Of a stretch of 43,433 nucleotides of DNA, positions 19,912 through 29,400 are shown piece by piece. The stretch spans positions 1 to 43,433 of the forward strand of contig JAKITS010000001.1 in NCBI GenBank assembly GCA_021648085.1. The letters are read 5' to 3'. Position numbers and translations under genes: made by a program. The notes beneath the pieces were generated by a model, which saw only the letters and a program-made list of their open reading frames with translations, made no database searches and was not told the DNA's origin. Numbering within the stretch: the stretch's first letter is position 1; the number at the start of each line of letters is the position of its first letter. This DNA comes from Candidatus Magasanikiibacteriota bacterium (lineage in GTDB: Bacteria; Patescibacteriota; Patescibacteriia; Magasanikbacterales; UBA922).

Positions 19912-21075
19912 ATGTTCAATTGCGACAAGTGTAAAAAATATTTTAACAAAGAGTTGTTAAAATCTAGAAAATTTTGGTTTGGAGTTTCTATTCTTTTAAT
20001 CGCGGGTTCTTTTTTGACTGCTTTTTCTTTTTATTTTAACTCTTCTTTTACAGAAAAAATAAATGAAAAAATAGGTGAAATTGTAGAAGAGGAGGATAAA
20101 AAACCAATTAAAATTGAAGCAAAAGCAATTTACCTAACAGCATATTCAGCAGGCTCACCAAAAAAGTTGGATGCAATGATAGATTTGCTAGAAAAAACAG
20201 AGTTGAATGCAGTTGTAATTGATACAAAAGATTATAGTGGAAGAGTTTTATATGATAGTAATATTGAAATGGTAAATGAGTTGGGTTTGGAGGACGACAG
20301 AGTTGGAGATTTGCGAGCTATAATAGAAAAACTTCACGAAAAAGGAATTTATGTAATAGCACGCCAGACAGTTTTTCAAGATCCAATTTTGGCAGAAAAA
20401 AAACCAGAATGGGCAATAAAGCGTTATGGCGGTTGGCTTTGGCGAGATCATAAAGGTCTTGCTTGGGTTGATCCTACAGTTAAAGAAGTTTGGCAGTACA
20501 ATGTTGATATTGCAAAAGAATCCATTGCTTTGGGATTTGATGAAATTAATTTTGATTATGTTCGTTTTCCATCCGACGGAAATATTCGTGCAGCCATTTA
20601 CAATGATTTGGGCGACAGACAAAAACACGATGTAATGCGTGAATTTTATACATTTTTGGGGGATGAGTTAAAAGATGAGTCAGCTTGGATTTCAATAGAT
20701 ATGTTTGGTTTTGTAATGGAGCGCCACAATGGACTTTCAATCGGTCAAAGATTGGAAGATGCTGTGGATAATGTTGATTATATTTCACCTATGATGTATC
20801 CATCTCACTATCCTTCTGGGCATTTGGGACTGATAAATCCAGCAGCAAATCCAGGACCAGTGATAGAAAATGGAATGAAAAAAGGAGCTCCTTATTTTGA
20901 AGGTAAGCGCGCGCAAGCTCGCCCATGGATCCAAGCTTTTCATATGGGTGCTACTTACAATGCAGCTAGAATTCGTGCGCAAATAGATATGGTAGAAAAG
21001 TATAGCGATGCTGGTTGGTTGCTTTGGAATGCATCAAATAGGTATACAACAGCAGGACTGAAATTGGTTGAATAG
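19912..21075 (+). CDS. Membrane-anchored putative glycoside hydrolase (DUF4015-like TIM barrel)
   Basis: N-terminal TM; LNAVVIDTKD, GFDEINFDYVRFP, SPMMYPSHY, RPWIQAF. Confidence 0.8.
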   Translation: MFNCDKCKKYFNKELLKSRKFWFGVSILLIAGSFLTAFSFYFNSSFTEKINEKIGEIVEEEDKKPIKIEAKAIYLTAYSAGSPKKLDAMIDLLEKTELNAVVIDTKDYSGRVLYDSNIEMVNELGLEDDRVGDLRAIIEKLHEKGIYVIARQTVFQDPILAEKKPEWAIKRYGGWLWRDHKGLAWVDPTVKEVWQYNVDIAKESIALGFDEINFDYVRFPSDGNIRAAIYNDLGDRQKHDVMREFYTFLGDELKDESAWISIDMFGFVMERHNGLSIGQRLEDAVDNVDYISPMMYPSHYPSGHLGLINPAANPGPVIENGMKKGAPYFEGKRAQARPWIQAFHMGATYNAARIRAQIDMVEKYSDAGWLLWNASNRYTTAGLKLVE

Positions 21076-21124
21076 AGCGATGAAGCGTTTACATTTAACT
21101 AAAAGAAAGAGAAAAGTCATATGC

Positions 21125-21306
21125 GTCATATTGAGCGGAGTGAGACGGAATCGAAAAACCAAGATACGTCATATTGAGCGGAGTGAAGCGGAGTCGAAAT
21201 ATCTCGTGAAAGTATCATTAGAACCTTGGATATTTTACATTTTTATGATTCTGTTGCGAGATCCGTTCGACTTCATTCCGCTTCGCTCCATTTCGCTCAG
21301 GATGAC
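21125..21306 (-). repeat. Family A element plus one extra 43-bp unit
   Basis: GTCATATTGAGCG at 21125 and 21168; ends CGCTCAGGATGAC. Confidence 0.85.
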
Positions 21307-21355
21307 GTTTTTAACTTTCTACTTTATTAACTTTCCAACTTTATAAACTTAAAAC

Positions 21356-22198
21356 ATGGACACAGATTTATATAAACCAAGTAAATTGAAAGAAATTTGC
21401 GAAGAGTGCGGACTTAGACCAAGTAAATCTTATGGTCAAAATTATCTGGTTTCACCACATCCAATAGAAAAAATGGTAGAGGCGGGAGAGTTAGATAAAA
21501 ATGATATTGTAATAGAGGTTGGTCCTGGGTTTGGAGTTTTAACTTTTGCGATTGCTCCGTTGGCGAAAAGGGTTATAGCTTTTGAAATAGAAAAAAAGTT
21601 AGAAAAATATTGGGAAGAAAAACAGAAAGAAAATAAAAATATAGAAATAATTTGGGGGAATGTTTTAAAAAAATTGCCAATATTTTTGAAGGAAAATAAA
21701 ATTGAAGAATATAAAGTTATGGCAAATTTACCATATCAAATAACTTCACACATTTTGCGCACTTTTTTTGAATTAGAAAACAAACCAAAAAGTATAACAA
21801 TAATGGTACAAAAAGAAGTTGGACAAAGAATTTTGGCAAAAAGAGGTAATATGAATTTGCTTGCACTTTCTGTTCAGTTTTTTGGTGATCCAAGAATTGT
21901 TGCGAAAGTCGCATCGGGTTCTTTTTGGCCAAAACCAAAGGTGGATTCCGCAGTTTTACATATTACAAACATAGGAGAAGTGGAAAATGTAGACGAGTTT
22001 TTTAGGCTTGCAAAAGCAGGTTTTGCAAGTAAAAGAAAACAGCTTTGGAGAAATTTAAGCAATACTATAGATTTACCAAGAGAAAGAATAAAAGAAATTT
22101 TAAAAGATTTAACTGGAACAGAAAAAGTGAGAGCACAAGATTTGAGTTTGGGAGAATGGAAAGTTTTGGTTGAAAAAATGAAAAATTTTGTAAAGTAA
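21356..22198 (+). CDS. rsmA: 16S rRNA m6,2A dimethyltransferase RsmA/KsgA
   Basis: YGQNYL, EVGPGFGVLT, ANLPYQIT, MVQKEV, FWPKPKVDS. Confidence 0.95.
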   Translation: MDTDLYKPSKLKEICEECGLRPSKSYGQNYLVSPHPIEKMVEAGELDKNDIVIEVGPGFGVLTFAIAPLAKRVIAFEIEKKLEKYWEEKQKENKNIEIIWGNVLKKLPIFLKENKIEEYKVMANLPYQITSHILRTFFELENKPKSITIMVQKEVGQRILAKRGNMNLLALSVQFFGDPRIVAKVASGSFWPKPKVDSAVLHITNIGEVENVDEFFRLAKAGFASKRKQLWRNLSNTIDLPRERIKEILKDLTGTEKVRAQDLSLGEWKVLVEKMKNFVK

Positions 22199-22216
22199 AA
22201 AGTTTATAAAAAACAC

Positions 22217-22560
22217 GTCATATTGAGCGAAGCAATGCGGAATTGAAAAACCAAGATACGTCATATTGAGCGGAGCAAGGCGGAATCGAAAACACAACAT
22301 ACGTCATATTGAACGAGGCAGGACGGAGTCGAAAAACCAAGATACGTCATATTGAGCGGAGTGAAACGGAGTCGAAATATCTCGTGAAAGTATCATTAGA
22401 ACTTTGGATATTTTGCGTTTTTGTGATTCTGTTGCGAGATCCTTCGGCTTCGCTCAGGATGACGTGTGAAAAAATACGTCATATTGAGCGAAGCAAGGCG
22501 GAGTCGAAAAACCAAGATACGTCGTCATATTGAGCGGAACGAAGTGAAGTCGAAATATCT
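22217..22560 (-). repeat. Family A cluster with 43-bp tandem units
   Basis: GTCATATTGA at 22217, 22260, 22303, 22346, 22478 and 22524. Confidence 0.88.
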
Positions 22561-22745
22561 TGGTTTAATATCACTAAAATATAAATAATTAAAATAAAAC
22601 ATCAGCCCAGTCCTATCCTGTTCTATCATTTTCCAATCCAAGCGAAGCGATCTATTAAACTGAACGAAGTTTAGTGATTCATCAAGAAAAGCACAGCTTT
22701 TCGATACATCAAGCGACAATGATCCATCTTTTCTTTATGTTATAC

Positions 22746-22779
22746 ACAGCTACCTTATTGTCGGTAGTTGTGTTTTTTT
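22746..22779 (+). terminator. Intrinsic terminator-like hairpin
   Basis: CACAGCTACC-TTATTGTC-GGTAGTTGTG plus T run. Confidence 0.65.
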
Positions 22780-22817
22780 GTTATAATATAATTACATAAA
22801 TAAGACCTATTCAAAAC

Positions 22818-23432
22818 ATGGATAATATAGAAGGTCAAAACAATAAATTAAATCGTACACAAAAGACGGGGTTCGTCTTGTTGTTTGTGTTCACGCTTTT
22901 GGTTGTAGGTTTGGGTTTTTTGCAAATGAGAAACACTATTTACAGTCCTTTTGTGGTAAAAGTTGAAAACAATCAAGGTAAAATAGGTGTATCAGATGAA
23001 AATACAAAACTTCAAAATATAGACACAGATAGAGATGGTATAAATGATTATGAAGAATTATATTTTTACGAGACTAGTCCATATTTACCAGATACAGATT
23101 CAGATGGAATTGGTGATAAAGAAGAAATAACTGCAGGCACAGACCCAAACTGTCCAGAAAGTGAAGTTTGTGAAGAGGTTTATATTGCAAGCTCCACAAC
23201 AAACCTAAGCCCAATAAAAAATATTGGTTCTGTAGATGCTAGTGCGGTGCAGACAGGGGGTACTAGCATAGAAGACCTACAAAATATATTGCAAGATCCA
23301 GAAAAAGTTAGAAAATTATTATTAGATACTGGGCAAATTTCACAAGAGCAATTAGACGGGATAGATGACCAAACGCTAATGAGTTTAGTAGAGAAAATGC
23401 TAGCAGAGGAGTCTGGAAATATCACACCATAA
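22818..23432 (+). CDS. Membrane-anchored protein with Ca-binding DxDxDG (thrombospondin-3-like) motifs
   Basis: TM helix; DTDRDGINDYEE and DTDSDGIGDKEE. Confidence 0.75.
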   Translation: MDNIEGQNNKLNRTQKTGFVLLFVFTLLVVGLGFLQMRNTIYSPFVVKVENNQGKIGVSDENTKLQNIDTDRDGINDYEELYFYETSPYLPDTDSDGIGDKEEITAGTDPNCPESEVCEEVYIASSTTNLSPIKNIGSVDASAVQTGGTSIEDLQNILQDPEKVRKLLLDTGQISQEQLDGIDDQTLMSLVEKMLAEESGNITP

Positions 23433-23433
23433 T

Positions 23434-26400
23434 ATGTTTAAAAAAACACAAGGTTTTGCAAGAAAAGTAATAATAGGATTTGTAATAAGCACACAAGTCT
23501 TTATTGGTTTACTTTTTGCTGGGCCGGTGAAAGCTGGTACTATGGAAAGTGCTGGTTCTTTTATAAATAAATTTTCAGGAGATAGTCCTATTGGAGATGT
23601 TGTTAATGAAGCTGCTGATAAAGCTGCTTCTAAACTTGGTTATCCTGTAGTAGTTACGACAGATTTGGGAGATTATGTAGAGATGGCTTGGCAATCAATA
23701 TATGAAGCTAGTTTAAATGCACTAATGGGTGGTTTTTCACATTTTATGAATCAGCTTGCTTACGACACGGCTTTATATGTGACCTCTGGTGGAAGTGGGC
23801 AGGGTGCTTTAGTTTTCCAAGACGGATTTGGTAGCTATTTAGAAAAAACTTTTGAGGCAAGTACAATGGCTGCACTTGGAGAGCTTGAAGATCATTATGG
23901 GATAAATTTGTGTGAACCAAATACCGAAATTAAATTTTTCCTAAATGTAGGAATTCAAGATCTTCTTCTTCCAGAGATAGGACCACCAACACCACCAGCT
24001 TGTACTTGGCAAAAAATGTCAAAGGGTTGGTCAAATGCATACTACCAAACAGTCAATCAGTTAGAAGGAATTTTGGACGCTCCGCCAATTGAAGTTGCTT
24101 TTTTGGAGAGTGCCAATTTGGCAGATTCAGATTTTGGCATAGCTTTTGGAGCAATAGATTTGGTAAGGAAAAAAGCTGCACGAGATACAGAAGGTGCAAA
24201 AAATGAACGGTTAGAAGGAAATGGTTTTAAGCCTGTAAAAGATTTGGTTTCAGGCGCTATTGTCACACCCGCACATTTAATAGGTGAGGAGGCCGAAGGT
24301 TTAACTGGAAAAAGTTTTGCACAGATTAATAATACTCAAGTTGCAGGTCTTTATGGTTCTCAGGCTTTAAATGTTGTAATTGGCGCTTCTGGAATTTTCT
24401 TGAACAATGTTGCGTCGCAAATGCTTAAAAAGATTATGCAAGAAGGTCTGCTTCCAGTTCCAATAGGTGATTCTTCTTCATTTGGTTCGGCAGGTTTAGG
24501 AGACTATCGCCGTGCAGCAGAGTCAGCATTTAGCTTCTTTTTTACCTCTGTTCCTACAAAACAGCTAAATGCTTATAGTTTGGAAACAATTTTTGCAGCT
24601 TGCCCAGACAATCCTGGGTTAAACAATTGTGTAATAGATAGTGGAATGCAAAGAATTTTACAAATCGCAAAACAAGGTACTCCACTTACAGTACAAGAAG
24701 CTGTTGACCAAGGAATGCTAGATCCAAATAAGCCTTTTATTTCACCAAAAAGACTTTTAGATCACAACGATGTTAAGACTTGTTATCTAAAAGGATTTTG
24801 TTATTCAAACCTTCAAAAATTGAGAAAAGTTCGTGTTTTACCTGTTGGTTTTGAGCTTGCGGCTCTTCGCTCAGACCCAGACAATCTGCAGGCTTGGACA
24901 CTTGGGAAAGTAATGGCAGGTTTTGAAGATTGTACCAGAGATGGAGATGGTAAAGCTATTTTTGATATAGCAAAACCATTTTGTCATCTTGTGGATCCAA
25001 ATTGGACAATAAAAATTCCAGAAACTCGTTGTGAATCTTTGGTAAACGGACCAGAACTTTTGGATAGTAATATTTCAAATAGAAAAGAAGAATGTGTAGA
25101 TGTCTCAACTTGTGTGACAGAAGGGGAGAACGGAGAATGCCTCGGTGATTTTGGTTATTGTACAGAAGAAAAAAATGTCTGGAGAATAGAAGGAGAGACT
25201 TGTCCGGCAGAATACACAACTTGTCGCAATTATGTGGCGCAAAGCGGAGAGATAAACTCTTATCTTTCTAGAACTGTTGATTATGGAGAGTGTAGAGCAG
25301 AAAGTGTTGGTTGTCGTGCTTATAGTACAGAAAAGTCTGGAGACATTTGGACTTCTAGTGCAGACGCAAGCTCTAGATTGAAAAATTTAGGTAGAAATCA
25401 GACAATTTATTTTGGAAGTGAAATAAATGCTTCCACTTGTCCTGCAAATGCAGCTGGTTGTAGTGCTTTTTATACTTTAAATCAGGAAGGAGAAAAAGGA
25501 AGATTGACTTATCTCAAAAAAGCTCCAGATTATCTAACTTGTTATGATACACAGCCTGCAACACCAGAAATAGACTGGCCAACAACAAAAGCTGATTTAT
25601 CACTTCTTACAAACAATGATAAGTGTGATGCTTATGCAGAAGTTTGTCTTCCTGAGGAGGTTGCTTGTGATTTATATACTCCGCTTGCGGGTGGTCCAGA
25701 ACTTTCTGGTGTAATTGGCAACAATATTTGTGCAAGCGAATGTGTAGGTTATGATACTTTTAGACAAGAGTCCACATCTTTTGCACCAGAGGAATACCCA
25801 CTTTATCTCATCCCAACAAATGGAGATGTCTGTTCTGCTCAATATGCAGGCTGTGACGAGTTTACAAATATTGAAGCTGGTTCAGCAGGAGGAGAAACTT
25901 TGGAGTATTATAGTGATTTCAAACAATGTGAAAAACCAGATAGTGGAAATGACAAGGTTTTCTATTCTTGGGAAGGTTCAGTTTCAGAAGGTTTTGTGTT
26001 AAAAGTTCATCATCTATCACCAATAGATGATGCTAGAAATTCCTATATTCAAAATTTATCATTATTTGCAAATGCTAAAAATGATTTGGTGGTTGGTTCA
26101 CCAGCTTATTCAGATGATACAGCACAATCATTAAAAAACAATTACAAATCTTGTAATGAAAAAAACTATAACATTTTAATAAACGATCCTTTTAGTATAG
26201 ATTCTGCAGACGAAGATTGTAGGGCTTTTTATGATGATGAAGGTGAAGTATTTTATAGGCTTTTTGCAAAAACTATTACAGTTTCCAACTCTTGTCATAA
26301 AATTAGAAAAACAGAGTCAAGACTGTTTGTGGATAATACAATCGGTGATCAAAATTCTTGTGATCTAAAAAATGGAGTTTGGGACGGTGCAAGCTGTGAG

Positions 26401-29400
26401 CGTTGTTTCAATGGTGGAAGTTATGAAAATGGAGCTTGTATCTATCAAACTATTTCTAGTCCTAGCGAATCAAACTCTTGTCCAGTTTCTGTAAATGGTT
26501 GTAGGGCTTATGTAGGAAACGCAGGAAATAATATCAGAGAAATAATGTTCGATAGTTTTGAGCCTTTTGATAATTCACCAAATGCACTTCTCTCAGCACG
26601 CGAAGGTTGGGACAGTTCAGATGGTACAGGTCTAAGTGTGGTTGGAGAGGCTACTCAAGCTGGACTTCATTCTTTGCAGGTAAATTCAGATATTATATCT
26701 CGTGAGTTTGACGCAGGTGATATAACTCCAAATTCTTTTTACGAGCTTTCATTTTGGTCTCGCGGAGTACCGCAAAATTTAGATATTATAATGAAAGATG
26801 ACTCAGGTTTAGGAGTATCTTTTACAGTAAACTCAATTACAAATTCAACTGCACTGGTTTCAATTGGAGACAATTGGAAAGAATACAAACTTGGGCCTGT
26901 AGAATTCAAGGGAGCAGGTGTTGCAAACATAGAATTTACACGAAGTGCAATAGGTAGTACTTCTTTGGGTGTATATTTTATAGATAACGCGAGACTTACA
27001 AAAGTAAATGATTTTACATATTTGGTAAAAGATTCATGGCAAACTTCAGAAGGATACAATGTTCCTCTTTCTTGTGATAATACTCCAGAGGATTCATTGC
27101 CAGGGTTCGCACTTGGCTGTGAGGCTTTCAATGATCAACTTGGAACTACCTACTATGCCACAGGTTTTGAAAATTTATGTAGAGTAGAAGCTGTAGGATG
27201 TGAACCACTTTTAGACACTTTCAATACTACCGAAGGACAAGATTCAGAATTGGCTCAAATTTTCAATGCTTGGTGCGAAGGTGGTGTGGGTGAGTGTACT
27301 ATTTCTGTCGATGAGCCAACTTCGGATAGAAATAATACACAAATTCAAAAGAAAATAAATATTGGATCGTGTAATGTGGATATTGATCAAGACGGTTGTT
27401 ATATTTCAAAAATTATTGTCCCATCCCATATTGAGATTGGTGATTTAGACTATGTTAGAGTGGAAACAACAGTAATAATTCCAGCAGACACTTCAATAGA
27501 AAATCCTATTTACCTTACAAATAGTCAAAAATATAAATGTTCACCTCAAAAACTTGGTTGTCAGGAAGTTGCACTGGAATCACACATTCTACCTTCTAAC
27601 CAACCTCAAGCTTTTGAGTTTAGTGAGCAATTTGTATTGAGTAATCCAAACAATTATCAAGAAACTTTGTGCCAATCAGACCAAGTTGGTTGTGGGGAAT
27701 TTAGATCAGACAAAAATATTAGCTACTTTGTAGATCCAAAAATAACAGGAGGAAGTGTTTGTGTATACAAAAGTATAGGAGCTTCAGGAAGTGATAACTA
27801 TGGTTGGTTTTTGGACGGAATCGGTTCCTGTAGTTCTGGAAATGGAGATTTGTGTAAGGTGGATGACGATTGTAGTGGTGATACTAATATTTGTGAAAAT
27901 GTAGGTTCTACTGCTTGCTACGATGGATATATAAAACAAGGTGGAGAGCTTGGAATTTGGTCCAATGAATCTGTAAATTATGACGGTTTTGTAGGAGCTT
28001 GTGAACAGCAATATAATGCTTGTACAGAACTTGTAGATCCTGCAGACACATCAAATAATGCAGACGGTAAATCATACTTTGTAGTTTACGACGAAAAAAT
28101 GCAAGATCAATCTGGTGAGTGTGGTGGGCAAGTTAGTCAAAATGACGGCTGTGTACTTTTTGATAAAACAGACAATCCAAATAAAATATATAATTCTGTA
28201 GAAACTTACAAAAATAGTGAAGATGCAGATCCTAAATTTGGACCAGTAAATCCTGTTATGGACGGCGTTAAAGACACAAATGTAATTTTGAAAGTAAACA
28301 GAGATAGAGAATGTTCAGAGTGGCTAGCTTGTAAAACTTCTGTACCTTTTACAGATGAAAAAGGAGTTCGCACAGAGCTTTGTTATCAATACGATTTGTG
28401 TAATGAATCTCTGCCGGGAGTAGGTTGTATAAGTTGGGTTGGAGATGATAATGAAAATATAACTCTTAGCCCAGAGGAGTATGTTGTAAGAGGAACTTCT
28501 TGGTACGACAATGAATATACGGGTTATTCACTTCTTAATAAATACCCAGTTCAAGATTTTGTATATGTAGATTTCGATTTAAGTGATGATGCGGATAAAG
28601 AATTAGACGATGAGTTTGGAGATAGTTTGTTTTTGGGATATGAATTTGTACCAGCTCCTAGTTTTGAGCAGTTTGGTTGCGTTTTGAATGGTGTAAAAAA
28701 AGAACAGTTCCAGGTTTGTGGTCTTACAAATGGGGGTATTTGTACTGATAATGGTCAATGTATAAAACCTACGGATGGTGCATTTATTGGTGGCATAGAA
28801 GAGAAAAATGAAAAAAGTTTTAGAAATAGTAGATTGGTTTTAGAGACATTAGATGTTGGAATTTGTAAAAGTTTCCCAGAAAAAGATAGTCCATTTGGTT
28901 TTGATATTGTTGTAAATTCATATAAAACACTTATTACAAATGGAGTTTCTGCAACAAGAAAACGAATAACAGACAAAAAACGTGTATTCAGCGGCGCAAA
29001 CACTTGCCAAGACGGAGAGTGTAGTTGTGAGTACAAAAAAGTTTCTTACGGTGGGTCTGTTGTAGATTATTGGCCATTAACAAAAAGTGATCAAGAAATC
29101 CCGGGCGGTGTTTGTGCAAGCGGTAGTTTAGGTGGTAATCCGTGTAATTATAATTCAGATTGTAGTATTCTTAGTGATGAGGGATTGTCAAGTTATGGAA
29201 GTTGTATAAAAAGATTCAACACAGAGCGTCGTATTGGTCTTCGTGGTTTCTGTCTTGAGTATGACTTGTCTAGACCTATTGGAAATGGCGAGTACGCTTG
29301 TTTAACTTGGCTTCCAGTAGACGCTTCTGCTTCTAAAATAGATTTGCACAATTATTATCCAGAAGCTGGCTACTACCCAGTCCCAGAATATGACGCACCA

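Noticed and set aside
21068..21346. ORFs 21068..21346 and 22309..22533 (RHIERSEAESK peptides)
   Set aside because: Translations of family A palindromes; no evidence of being genes
22217..22388. 43-bp periodic repeats resembling a CRISPR array
   Set aside because: Whole units are similar with no unique spacers, they are halves of REP family A, and there are no cas genes
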